In this document: piece after piece, positions 12,232-24,870 of the stretch
How positions within the stretch are numbered: position 1 is the stretch's first letter
Layout of the letters: each line of letters opens with the position of its first letter
Source: Rhynchopus sp. YZ270_cl-10
Taxonomy: Eukaryota
Assembly (NCBI GenBank): GCA_964035575.1
Contig: OZ037846.1
Span: 1,550,001-1,614,000, forward strand
Reading direction: 5' to 3'
DNA length: 64,000 nucleotides
Program-made: the position numbers and the translations under genes
Notes under the pieces: generated by a model
What the model was told of the DNA's origin: nothing
Seen by the model: only the letters and a program-made list of their open reading frames with translations
The model's database searches: none

Positions 12232-13470
12232 AGGGAAGACGGCTGGCAAGCGGAAGAGAGATGAGAGTGATGCAGAGAGTGATGCAAAGAAGCAGAAGAA
12301 GTCCACTGCAAAGAATGCTGCTGCGAACAGCCAGGGGAAAGAGGAGTCTGCGAGTGGGGTGAAGCGCAGCAGTGATGACGGCGCCGATGCCGAGTGGCCC
12401 GGACTCGATATCGCTATGGCTGTGAGCAAGCAGGAGTCCGCAGGCCCGGCGGCAGGGACGACACGTGCCAGTGGGTTGCCACATGGAATACAGGATACGG
12501 GGTTTCTGCACCAGGAAGAACTTCTGGTGCACAACATGTAGAGGGTTCTCCCCATTGCGCTGGACGATGTGGAAGATTCGACCTATGGATTCTCCTCTTT
12601 GCACATGGTGGGATACGAAACCTCCTTAGCAGTGTCGCCGCCAGGATTCCAGGCCAATGATGTGACGTCGCTCACCTCGCGCCCTATCGCAACTCGGGGA
12701 GACGGAGCATGTGCGTTGCATGCGTTGCTGGGGAGGCATTTGTTGCATGGCGAGATTGTGTGCCGAGGTCTGCCAGATGTGACGGAGTCACAGCTCAGGG
12801 ACAGGCCTTGGCATCATGCCAGGGTATATGCGTTGAGAGAGCTCGTCAAGCATAGTGGCTTGTTCTTGAGGTGTGCCCGACAGTTTTGCGGCTTGACTCC
12901 AAGCTCGATAAGCACTGTGCGGACGCGAAGGCCGAGTTGACCAGACTCGAGTCGCTACGAGGTGCTCTCATTTTTGAGCACGTCAAGGCTAGGGATTTGT
13001 GTGCTGAAGATTCGCAGTTCTTACTGGAAATGAGGACGCTGCATGAACTTCATCGCGAGATGAGTCACGCGGACTTCATGCCACACGTGAATCCGGATTT
13101 GTGCAATGAGGGTTACAAGACGTGTGACCACATTCGTGAACGTGTGCGCGACGTTGCTGTTGCTGATCTCTTCCCGCAGGATGAGGCTGTTCAGCGTCAG
13201 ACAGATGTGATCACGCGCAAGCAGGAGGAGTTCTATTCCTCAAGAGGCGTACAGGAAGAAGTTCGTCAGTCGGGACTATTACCTGTCTGTGAAGAAATCG
13301 AGGCAGTGGCAGTGGCGTTCGGCAAAAGGGTGCTATTGGTCCACGAGGACACCAATACTTGTGTTGTGATGAATCCGGAAGCGACCCATGTTCGCGTCAT
13401 CCTGCAACAAGGGGATACAGCAGCACCTGAGAAGTGCCATTTCTCCCTGCTGAAACAAAACTCGCGCACG
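12232..13470 (+). pseudogene. Disrupted ORF with NLS-like N-terminus and OTU-like cysteine protease motifs
   Basis: KRKRDESDAESDAKKQKK; in-frame TAG at 12539-12541; TRGDGACALHALL (Cys box); frameshift near 12880; EEIEAVAVAFGKRVLLV...VILQQG...CHFSLL (His box). Confidence 0.6.
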
Positions 13471-15330
13471 CCACCAAATTTCCAGTGTCCGCAGTGTCGC
13501 ACCACTTATTTTTTTCGCATTTTGAGGGGGGGGAAATGCAAAATGAAAACAAAATTTTGGTAGATTCACAGAATTCAGATTTTTGCTAAGGTGCTGGCAG
13601 CTGGCCCCAAAAAAAAAAAACAAGTAATTGCTATCGGAAAAAAAACGGGGTGTGATGTGGAACTCCATCCTGTAGAAATAATCTACAACACGCCCAGCAT
13701 TCTGCTCTTCTGCAGGTATGCTAACGCTCTTCGTACGCTGACAGACCCACTGGGACGCCAGCATCTGAAACGTTCAAGAAGGGGGGCTGTCCTCTTCATC
13801 CAGCACCATCTGCTCGATAGCGTTGTTGGACGTCGGCTCGGCAGGCTCGGCGTGTTCCAGCTCGTAGTTGTCCACAGGCTCCCCACATTGTCGTCGTCGT
13901 TGGAGCAGTGCGGAAGGAACACAGAATGCACAGACTACAACACATCGATCACACCAGGCGCATCAGCACCTCCAGCAAATCGCCAGGATGCTACGGTGGC
14001 TTCGAAAATCGCGCGGAGTTTTCCACAGCACACCCCGCTTTTTTCTTAGCAATTAGTTGTTCTTGTTGTTACTGTTATTTTCAACCACCTTCCTTCAACC
14101 CTTGTAGGGATCAGTTGTTATTTTTTTCGCGAAAACATGAAATTATACATTTCAAGAGAACAAATTAAAAAGGGTCCTTATTTGCATTTTTGGGCTCCGC
14201 CCGTGCAGTGGTGGGGTCAATCTCGAAAATTGGACAATTTTTTGACCACTTAAATTTTGAGAAATATGAGCCCGGTTGCTTATACGTGGGGCCCATTTTC
14301 GGCTAAAATTTTCCTCAAAATCTGGTTTTGTAAAATTGACCCTTTACTCCCCCCCCACATCGATTTCAATACTATACCTTACTTCACCTACGGTTGCCCT
14401 TACAGGGGGGTGAAGGAAGGTAAGTTGAAAATATTTTCCCCCCACATTTTTTGGTCCAGGGTCACAAAAAAAAATCTCCGATTCCTGAAACCCCAAATCC
14501 TGGCGGAAACCCTGCCGGGGGGGGGAAAAACAAAAAAAAAAAATTTTGTTTTTTTTGACAAAAACGGCCAAAAACGACAAAATAGTTTTTACGACAAAAA
14601 TTCCTTCACAAATTGTACAGGATGAGACCCCCTAAGTGCCGAACTCCGCAGTTGGATAACCGAGGAATTCTCACTTTCCGCCGGAGGCCCCCAACTTGAG
14701 CTGGGTTGGGGACCCGGGCTCGACGAGTTTCAGCGAAAAACCCCAAAACCTATATAATTCCCTGTGGAGGGGGGAAAATTTTTTTTGGGCTGACCGAGTC
14801 AAACCGATTCTGACCGAGCCAGCCCCTCGTGGGCGGAATGCTGTATAGAACCCTGGTTAGTGTTGTTTTTTCTCTTACATAGTGCTCTTGTAGCCTTTAG
14901 TGGATTGAGTGCTGGATGCTTGCTAACATCTCTTGTGGCTTTCTTACGATTTTTTCTGCTACGCTCGTCGTAGCGCTTTCTTGTGACGCTTCTCGGTTCC
15001 CTCTCTGGAACATGTATACATGTTTCTGTTTGCTCTGTCAGTACACAGCCTAGCGGCGTGTCTGCTCTTACGTATCTCTTGTTTCTTTGTCATAAAGCAG
15101 AAAAATATGCAAAATGCAGCAAACTTTAAAAAACCCCTGCACCTGTGTTGTCATGGTTTCCCTTGTTTCGAGTGCGAAACGTTTCTCCATGTATTGCACG
15201 GGAAACAACATGACAAACAGGTGCAGGGTGGTTCCGTGCTTACCATAGAACCTGGCACCTTGTGTGTCTCCCAAAAACCAAAAAAGCGTTGTGTGTGAAG
15301 TTTTGAAGGAAGGAAAAATAAAATCTGCTG

Positions 15331-16454
15331 CAGGCTTTGCGCTAATTTTTGGCCCTTGGCCCGGGATTTTTGGATATTTTTGTGGTGCGTTTTTTTTTTT
15401 TTCAAACCGGGGTTTCCTTAAGAAAACCAGAGAATCTCATATTTCATAGTAAGGGTACTTTAGAGTGTTTTTGTACACACATGTGACCCCACCGTGGAGA
15501 GCAATCGGCTCGCGCAATCAAAAGAACGCAGAGAAAAGGGAAAATATAAAAAGAAAAAAGTTGGGTACCGTGCGCCTGCGGCGCCACCTGTTCCCTACCC
15601 TACTATATTTTTAAACATGATGTACTTATGTACAGTGTTCATTTCTTTTGAGTACGACAATGCGCTGCTGAACCGTCTCCACCCCCGCTGCGTGAGGGCG
15701 GCACCCCTCCGAGGCCATAACCGTCCTGGTTTTGGTTCTCACTCTTCTCTGTGGTCACAGAAACTCCATAGCTTCTTCAGTACATTGGTGTTTCCAGTCA
15801 AAACACCACAATTTCATGCCAAGTTGGGTTTTCAGACTGAAAATGACCCTTGTTTACGGTATGGGTTCATATTTTGTAAAAAATTATGTCACTGAAATTT
15901 TGTCCATTTTTTCGAATATCCCCCACCACAAGCAGGAATTGGCTCAGAAATGCAACAACACGACCTCTTGGGCAGAAAAAGGAAATTTACGCACTTTTTG
16001 AGACCGGGGTTTCTTTACTAACACCAGAGGAATCTCATAGTTCAGAGTACGGGTACCTTAGAGTGTTTTTGCACACACATGTGACCCCACCGTGGAGAGC
16101 AATCGGCTCGCGCAATCAAAGGAAAGCAGAGAAAAGGGAAAAGAAAAAGTTGGATACCGTGCGCCTGCGGCGCTACCTGTTCCCAGTCAAAAACACCACA
16201 ATTTCATCTGAAGTTGGGTTTTCAGACTGAAAATGCCCCTTGTTTTAGGGGTATGGGTTCATATTTTGTGAAAATTTAAGGCACTAAAATTTTGTCCATT
16301 TTTTCGAATATGCCCCACCACAGCGCGGGATTGGCTCGGAAATGCCACAGAACACTGTTTTTTCACCCCCTGATGCACAACTGTTTGAGGTGCGTTTTTT
16401 TGGGCCCGGAACACGATTTTTCAGATTTTTTTCCAAAAGTTAGCGCGAAGCCTG
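15331..16454. mobile_element. hAT-type element with CAGGCTTTGCGCTAA termini; related copy 19627-20151
   Basis: Imperfect 15-bp TIR; flanks ATCTGCTG / TTCTGCTG (7/8 match). Confidence 0.65.
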
Positions 16455-16676
16455 TTCTGCTGAGTGGTTCAGACCCGTTCTACCTGTCAAAAAAGCTCAG
16501 GAGAAGAAGATATGGAGAGGTGAGTGCTCAAACGTCCCAAAAAAGTCAAAACCGGGCGTTGAAAAAAAAAAAAGTTGCGTACCGTGCGCCTGCGGCGCAA
16601 GCATGTACCCCACCACGTGGACCATCAACAGAACATTTTCAAAATCGGAAATCCTAGCGGAGAGCCTGGACTATTC

Positions 16677-16974
16677 CAGGCACTCCGCTAGGTACTAAAG
16701 TTCTGTTGATTGTCAACAGAACTTTTTGAAAATGGGGAAAAAAAGAAAAAAAAAAAAAGTTCTGCTAAGTGGTTCAGACTCGTTCTACCTGTCAAAAAAG
16801 CTCAGGAGAAGAAGATATGGAGAGGTGAGTGCTCAAACGTCCCAAAAAAGTCAAAATCGGGCGTTGGTAAAAAAAAAAGTTGCGCACCGTGCGCCTGCGG
16901 CGCAAGCATGTACCCCACCAACGTGGACCATCAACAGAATATTTTCAAAATCGGAAATCCTAGCGGAGAGCCTG
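16677..16974 (+). mobile_element. ~298-bp hAT MITE; family copies at 54787-55084, 62229-62526, partial 16455-16668 and ~31350-31570
   Basis: TIR CAGGC(A/T)CTCCGCTAGG; 8-bp TSD GACTATTC. Confidence 0.9.
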
Positions 16975-17099
16975 GACTATTCCCCAAAAAAAAAAAATTT
17001 TTTTTTTATTGCCCTGGTGAAAATTTTTTGCACTCTATTATGTACCCTCCACCCCCACTTTATACAACTCTACTCACTTTATGGTCACTCCATAATAGC

Positions 17100-17330
17100 T
17101 ATTTATTGAGGTGAAAAAAAGTGGACTTTTTGTCACACGAGTGTGGTTCTCACAAATCAGTTGGTTCTTTTACGTCACGAGCGAAGCGAGTGACGTAATT
17201 TATGTTGTCTCACGAGCGAAGCGAGTGTGACATAGAATTTTGTATCACGAGCGAAGCGAGTGATACAAAAAACCAACTGATTTGTGAGAACCACACGAGT
17301 GTGACAAGTCCGCTTTTTACTCAATATATA
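17100..17330. mobile_element. Small inverted-repeat element with three CACGAGCGAAGCGAGTG motifs
   Basis: Arms tgtcacacgagtgtggttctcacaaatcagttgg / ccaactgatttgtgagaaccacacgagtgtgaca; no clear TSD. Confidence 0.6.
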
Positions 17331-18680
17331 ATTTTTTCTCTATATAAAAAAAAGTACTCTGAGAGATCGATAAGTGTTCGTAAGGCATAAATTATATTGA
17401 ATACACAAATCCCAACACAATGCCGAGAAATAAGTAGCAGGATATGACCTGGGCATGAAGACCACAACATTATGCCACACCAACCCAAAATCCCACCAAA
17501 AACAAAGGCAGATCAAGTGTGACAAAAAGTAAAAAAAAAAGTACTTTTTACATCTCCCCCACCCATTTTTAGGCTAAAAACACAATTTCACTTTTTGCCA
17601 CACCGCTGACAAAAAGTTAATATTATGTCATACGAATCCTTAACGAATCTCTCAGAGTACTTTTTTTCATATGAGAAAAAGTAAATTTTTACTCCATAAA
17701 GTGATTTTTTACTCCATAAAGTGATTTTTTCACTCCATAAAGTGACCCATTTCCAGCTATTGTGCCCCATAGAAAGGGACTCTGCAAATTTTTTTTTTCG
17801 CCTATATAGGGCTAATTTCGACGATTTGAGGCCATTAAAACCAGAATTTGACACTTTTGAGGCTCTGTGGGGGTCTAAAATGCGGTTTTGCGTTTCCAAA
17901 AAAATTTCCCCCATATACAATGCTGTGGTGCAAATAATTTCACTCTCGAATCGGTGAGTGCTCTTCGAGTGCCCGAAGGGCACGAGAGGGGGCACAACGG
18001 ATTATCGAGTGAAATTTTGGCCCAATTTGGGGTTACTATTGTGGTTTGTGGGGGTGTATTTTACTTGAGGCTTGATTTCCCCTATCTCGACCCAATAAAT
18101 AACGCCACCTATACCATTTCCCCAGAGAAAATGCGAAAAAATCACACACCACAACACAAAAAATGTTCCCGAAGAGGAAGAACGACCCGATGTGAGCATA
18201 ATTTTTCTGTTTGAGTTCGGGTTGTATCCCGTTCAGTACTCCCCCTGGGATGCTACTACTATGCTGCGGTAAACTGAGCATTGCTGGGTTGCTTTTGCAG
18301 TGACACCCCCGGAATTTCACTTTTTTTCTGATTTTTTTACACTTCGCCCCCGATGTTACACTCCCATCCCCTCCTGTCACCCTTTTTTTGCCTGTTTGTG
18401 GTGTTTTTCAGTCAGAAAAACACAAAAAACCCCTGTTTTTGGGCCACAAAGTGAAAATACACCCCATAAAGTGAAGATACACCCCATAAAGCCACTTTAT
18501 TTAACTCCAAAAATCAAGAGTGCTCAAAATTTTCACCACGGGCAATAAAACTACCTTATCAACTCCAAATTGGGCCATAATTTCACTCTCGAATCGGTTC
18601 GTGCCCCTCTCGTGCCCTTCGGGCACTCGAGGAGCACTCACCGATTCTCGAGTGAAATTATGACCCATTATTTGTTGTTA

Positions 18681-20362
18681 CTGGGGGGGGGCTAATACAA
18701 GTACCCCCGGGTAATACAAGTACCCCTGCAAATACAAGTACCCCCCGGGTTTTTCGATTTAAATTAATTTATATTTTTAATACAAGTACCCCCCACTTTT
18801 GTGTACGTTTTTCTTAGCAGGTGGTGCCAAAAAAATTTTCCCAGCAATTTTTACCCACAAAAAATCGAGAATTTTTTTTTTTTCTATTTCGGTCACCCAG
18901 GGCAGGAGCTTGGAATATGGGTTTGGGGCAAAATCGGGTCAAATTCTGTTAAATCGGGTCAGGTCCCGAGCTTTCCGCCTTCGGCGGAAAAGCTCTTGTG
19001 AAGACAAACACATGCAGAATGAGAAGGCGCGTTTCACAAAATGGTGCACGTTGATGATACACAAGTGTTGCACCATCCCCGCGGAATGCATGTTGCCCTT
19101 GACACTGGCGATGAGGTCATCAAGGTAGGGTTGCGCAATGGAGGTGTGGAATGTGTGTGTAGGCCCTCGCCAGTTCAGGTACTCTCTCTGGGCAGGTGTC
19201 CCCTTCGAGCAAACGTCGGAGGTCGTATCCCCGGCAAGACTTGTCACTGTCTGAGCCCCTCTTTGGTGTGTCACCCAGCGAGTTGATCCAATATCTGGAT
19301 CGTCAGCTCGCGCCAGAAACCAACGGCTAGGTCGAGTTGGGCATCCCTCTTGGGTTCGGGTTTGATCGGGGTGGAGCGCGCGTTTGAGGGCATTCTGGCT
19401 TCTTTGAGCTTCGTGCTCGTCGCGATGGGGTCACATAGCAGTTCCTCATCCTTCTCAGACCCCCTCATGCGACAAGTAGAGTACCCTACATTTTTTGATT
19501 TTTTCCCTCAAAAATCTATAGTTTTTTTTTTTTTTTTGCCCTGACCCGTTTTTTTCCATGGGGCCTAAGGAAATCGGGTCAATCTGACCCGATTTAACCC
19601 CCAAGCTCCTCCCCTGATTTCGGTGCCAGGCTTTGCGCTAATTGTTGGCCCTTGGCCCGGGATTTTTGGATATTTTTGTGGTGCGTTTTTTGCAAACCGG
19701 GGTTTCTTTACCAAAACCAGAGAATCTCATATTTCATAGTAAAGGTACTTTAGAGTGTTTTTGTACCCACATGTGACCCCACCGTGGAGAGCAATCAGCT
19801 CGCGCAATCAAAAGAAACCAGAGAAAAGAAAAAACGAAAAAAGTTGGGTACCGTGCACCTGCGGCGCTACCTGTTCCCAGTCAAAAACACCACAATTTCA
19901 TCTGAAATTGGGTTTTCAGACTGAAAATGCCCCTTGTTTAGGAGTCTGGGTTCATATTTTGTGAAAATTTAAGTCACTAAAATTTTGTCCATTTTCCCGA
20001 ATATGCCCCACCGCAAGCCGGGATTGTCTCAGAAATGCCACAAAACACTGTTTTTTCACCCCAGACGTTACCCGTCGCAACTATTTGAGGTGCGTTTTTG
20101 GGCCCGAAACATGATTTTTCAGATTTTTTCTAAAAGTTAGCGCGAAGCCTGCTTCACACCTTTTCTCGTTTCTCGTTTTTTCGGATTTTTGCTAAGGCGT
20201 TGTCCCATACAAAAAAAATTATTTTCCCCCCATACAAAATGTACAGGGAAAAAGTTTTTAATACAAGTACCCCCATCACCTTTTTTATTTTTGAAAAACC
20301 CGGATCTATTAGTTTTACCCGCTCAATACAAGTACCCGGTACTTGTATTAGCTCCCCCCCAG
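18681..20362. mobile_element. Tc1/mariner-type MITE (TA TSD) with nested insertions
   Basis: TA|CTGGGGGGGGGCTAATACAAGTACC ... GGTACTTGTATTAGCTCCCCCCCAG|TA; AATACAAGTACC subterminal repeats. Confidence 0.75.
18898..19616 (-). mobile_element. Internally deleted hAT-like element with decayed coding remnant (~18990-19468, minus strand)
   Basis: TIR CAGGG(C/G)AGGAGCTTGG; ATTTCGGT next to both ends (4-nt offset on the left); GC-rich coding-like interior. Transposase identity not proven. Confidence 0.45.
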
Positions 20363-21207
20363 TAATAAATAGCTATTTTTTCACAAGTGTTTTTGAGGCC
20401 TGCTCACTACACCCTAGGCACCCTTCTGAGACCAAAAAGTCAAAAAAAAGCAAGAATTAGGCGGTTTTGAGCATCTAGAGTTTATTCCCCGGCCATTTTC
20501 TGTACCACCAGTGCATTTTGTATGGGCCAGCGCCTTGTCAAAATCGAAAAATCGAAAAAAAAAAAATTTTTTTTTTCGGGAAAATTTCGACCCCTGAGTT
20601 GGGTTTTTGGGCACCAAAAAATGCAAAAAAAAAACGCAAAATTTTGGTGTTTTGACCCTCCAGAAGCACCCAAAGCAGCCAAACACGTACTTTTGTGTAC
20701 AAAAACACGTTATATTACACATTTCCTTAGCAATTCTTTTCACAAGTACTAGGCGATTTTTGACCTGACAAAATTTTGTTTTATCGCCCAAAATCGGGCG
20801 TGGTAGGTCATAAAATGGCCCAAATAATGTGGTGTCCCGCGACCAGCCCACAATCGCCCCCCTAGAGCCCACCTGGGCCCACCTGTGCCCACCTGAACCC
20901 AATTTCACCCGATTTCGCCCGGATTTCAAAAATTCCTTTTTTTGGGTTGGCGGTGGGGAGCTTGGGCGGGGTTTGACCAAAACCAAGAACTTGGCCATTT
21001 CGGCAAAGTGACCCCACCACAGCGCGGACGGATTCCGGAAACGCCAATCGCGGCATGTTTTGGAGCCCACTTTTTTTCAGGGAAAATATTTGCTTCCAGA
21101 TGTCGGAATTTTCCGGAAAATTTCCAGTATTAGGAAACAGCCTGGAGGAGCGGGTTGAACGTTATTGGCGCGTGTACCTACAATGGTTTGTGCCAATACC
21201 CACCCAA

Positions 21208-21885
21208 ACTGTGTACTGTGTACTGTGTACTGTGTACTGTGTACTGTGTACTGTGTACTGTGTACTGTGTACTGTGTACTGTGTACTGTGTACTGTGTAC
21301 TGTGTACTGTGTACTGTGTACTGTGTACTGTGTACTGTGTACTGTGTACTGTGTACTGTGTACTGTGTACTGTGTACTGTGTACTGTGTACTGTGTACTG
21401 TGTACTGTGTACTGTGTACTGTGTACTGTGTACTGTGTACTGTGTACTGTGTACTGTGTACTGTGTACTGTGTACTGTGTACTGTGTACTGTGTACTGTG
21501 TACTGTGTACTGTGTACTGTGTACTGTGTACTGTGTACTGTGTACTGTGTACTGTGTACTGTGTACTGTGTACTGTGTACTGTGTACTGTGTACTGTGTA
21601 CTGTGTACTGTGTACTGTGTACTGTGTACTGTGTACTGTGTACTGTGTACTGTGTACTGTGTACTGTGTACTGTGTACTGTGTACTGTGTACTGTGTACT
21701 GTGTACTGTGTACTGTGTACTGTGTACTGTGTACTGTGTACTGTGTACTGTGTACTGTGTACTGTGTACTGTGTACTGTGTACTGTGTACTGTGTACTGT
21801 GTACTGTGTACTGTGTACTGTGTACTGTGTACTGTGTACTGTGTACTGTGTACTGTGTACTGTGTACTGTGTACTGTGTACTGTG
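21208..21885. repeat. Perfect (ACTGTGT)n microsatellite, ~97 copies
   Basis: Direct reading. Confidence 0.98.
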
Positions 21886-23853
21886 AGTCACCTAAAGGGG
21901 TTCTGCTCAACGAAAGTGGCCGATTTTTCAACTTACCTTCCTTCACCCCCCTGTAAGGGTAACCGTAGGTGAAGTAAGGTATAGTATTGAAATCGATGTG
22001 GGGGGGGGAAAGGGTCAATTTTACAAAACCAGATTTTGAGGAAAATTTTAGCTGAAAATGGGCCCCACGTATAAGGAACCGGGCTCATATTTCTCAAAAT
22101 TTAAGTGGTCAAAAAATTGTCCAATTTTCGAGATTGACCCCACCACTGCACGGGCGGAGCCCAAAAATGCAAATAAGGACCCTTTTTAATTTGTTCTCTT
22201 GAAATGTATAATTTCATGTTTTCGCGAAAAAAATTACAACTGATCCCTACAAGGGTTGAAGGAAGGTGGTTGAAAACAACAGTAACAACAAGGACAAGTA
22301 ATTGCTAAGGAAAAACGGGTGTGCTGTGGAAAACTCCGCGCGATTTTCGAAACCACCGTAGCATCCTGGCGATTTGCTGGAGGTGCTGATGCGCCTGGTG
22401 TGATCGATGTGTTGTAGTCTGTGCATTCTGTGTTCCTTCCACACTGCTCCAACGACGACGACAATGTGGGGAGCCTGTGGACAAAAACGAGCTGGAACAC
22501 GCCGAGCCTGCCGAGCCGACGTCCAACAACGCTGTCGAGCAGATGGTGCTGGACGAAGAGGACAGCCCCCCCCCTTCTTGAACGTTTCAGATGCTGGCGT
22601 CAGTGGGTCTGGCAGCTTACGAAGAGCGTTAGCATACCTGCAGAAGAGCAGAATGCTGGGCGTGTTGTAGATTATTTCTACAGGATGGAGTTCCACATCA
22701 CACCCCGTTTTTTTTCCGATAGCAATTACTTGTTTTTTATTTCATCCAGACCCAGCCCGGAAATCTCGAAAAGCGCGGTTTCTGGGTGTTTTACTGGGCC
22801 AAACCCTCACAGAAGCCAAAAAACCCTGTTTTTGCCCGATTTCGCCCGGATTTCACCGGGGTTGGGGACACCCCAAATAATCCAAAGAAAACCTCAGAAA
22901 TAGATGTTCGCGAAATTTCGCAAGTCAAACTTCAGCCACAATACGCATTTTGTGCATACCCTGTGACTGTAGTGGCTAGAGAACACGCACATGCAGACTC
23001 GTTCCTTGCAATTTCCAGTGTTGTGTTTATCAATGCATGCATCCAGAGGACCTCTGGTTTACGAAATCGTGGGCACTCCTGTGCAAAAATGAAGTCGGGT
23101 TTTGACCCAAAATCGGGGTGGGTGGGCCATAATTTGCTCCAAATTTGGCCGAAAATTGGGATTTTTCTGAAAATTTCATTGTGCTCAACAAAAATCCTTG
23201 CTTTTTTGAAGAATTTTCCAAAAAATATGCTATACTCCCTATGACTGGACCCAACTCCCCTCACTATTTTTTCCCCGAAAGAAGCCCCCCAAATTTTTAC
23301 CTTTTTTTAGCGTTTTTATTTAAAATCACTATTTTAGGGTACCTCCAAAAAAGCAGGCCTTTTGCTAACTTTGGGATTTTCCCCAGGAATGGCATGATGG
23401 TCAAAAAAAAATAATTTCCTGGAAAAAAAGTACATTCCGAGCTTTCCCACCTGGTAAAAGCGGTCGTCGCGCGCTTCGCGCGCGCCTCCCTGACAGCCAC
23501 AGGATGGAGAGGCGAAGGGTCAGCTTTGCAAGATAACAAAAAAAAACGGAATCTAATCCTTTATTAACGGTGCTTGGTCTTGCGCCTTACGTACACTGAC
23601 CGTACAAAATCACTACGTCTTCCAGAAGCAGGGGCTGTTGCAACGGTTGGGTCACTTTGAAATAACAATGGTAAAATTTTTGCAGCTTGGGTCAAGTTTC
23701 ATTTCTGGCTGCAAAATGCAAGGGAATCCCCTTAGACATTGTAAAATGGCACCGTAGGCAGGAAGAAAATAGCGTACAGCGCGAGCGAAGCGAGCGGGAA
23801 TTTTTTTTTTTTAGGTATACCTCCGCGAGCGCAGCGAGCAGAAAAATTTTAAG

Positions 23854-23965
23854 ATGCCATCATGCCATCATGCCATCATGCCATCATGCCATCATGCCAT
23901 CATGCCATCATGCCATCATGCCATCATGCCATCATGCCATCATGCCATCATGCCATCATGCCATC
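23854..23965. repeat. (ATGCCATC)n microsatellite, ~14 copies
   Basis: Direct reading. Confidence 0.97.
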
Positions 23966-24804
23966 TGGGTGATGGAGAGCGAAAGCCCTGCCCCACCACC
24001 CCCCGTGGCATGATGGTGGCATGATGGAAAAAAAAATAAAAAACGCCCAAAAACGTGGCATGATGGCATGATGGTTAGCAAAAGGCCTGCCAAAAAAGCC
24101 TGAAAAAAAAAAAAAAAAGCCCCTGGAGGAAATATCCTCCCCTACGTGGAGGATCTTGAGAGCACTGGTATTCCTGCAGGGTTCTAGGTCCAAATAAAAA
24201 AAACGAAAACGGAAAAGGTGCTGCAAAAAAAAAATTTCCGCGCTGCGCGCGGAAAATTTACCACCCCACAACAGCCTCAAAAAATGATTACTCCAACGAC
24301 AATGATGCTACCCAAGAATGTGTGGCACGAAAGAATCGTGCGCTTATCGGTAACCTCAGTACATTTACAAAAAGAAACGACGCTCATGGCACCCAAAGGT
24401 TCCTGGCGAAGCCACGGTACGCAACATTTCAAAAAAATCACTCAAAATTGCACATTTTTACTGACAAACTATGTCATGAGAAAGGGTGAGTTGCAATCTT
24501 GCGCCGCAGGCGCACGGTACGCTACTTTTTTGCTTTCGCTTCGCTGCATGCTTCCTTTTCCTTCGGCGTTTGACCAATTGAGTCGAGTTCTCCCACGGTG
24601 TGCCCTTGAGCCCCCTCGGGTTTCGCGAGCGCTTTCCTTCTGAATGCGAGCATTTTTGTATGGGAAATTAATGTTTTGGGTAATGTAACCTTGTAAAGGG
24701 CCGAGGGCCAACACGCCAACACCAAGAGAAATGCCAGACACCCTTCCCACTCACCTTGTCCGTAGATTTTGTTTTTCTTCAAAAAATTAATTACGTCGCA
24801 CACT

Positions 24805-24870
24805 TATTACGTCGCGTACTAATTAAGTCGGCATTTGCCCTGACCGACTTAATTAGTACGCGACGTAATA
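24805..24870. repeat. Perfect 27-bp inverted repeat with 12-nt loop
   Basis: tattacgtcgcgtactaattaagtcgg / ccgacttaattagtacgcgacgtaata. Confidence 0.9.

Larger units (their letters stand above)
9148..14634 (+). mobile_element. Putative composite DNA transposon with TAGGGGGTCTC termini; second left end at 11274; carries two 122-bp arrays, an ankyrin fragment and an OTU-like ORF remnant
   Basis: Same ~80-bp left end (TAGGGGGTCTCCTGGTCAGTATATTAGC...) at 9148 and 11274; inverted GAGACCCCCTA at 14624-14634; AGTG on both outer flanks (9144-9147, 14635-14638). TIR only 11 bp, so the pairing is tentative. Confidence 0.5.

Noticed and set aside
21208..21885. Telomeric repeat
   Set aside because: Unit is not TTAGGG-like, is internal and occurs in both orientations inside TEs.
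21055..22018. Long ORFs (TVYCVLC / HSTQYTV repeats), also at ~35500-35970, ~48530-49190, ~52740-53250
   Set aside because: Artefacts of stop-free microsatellites.
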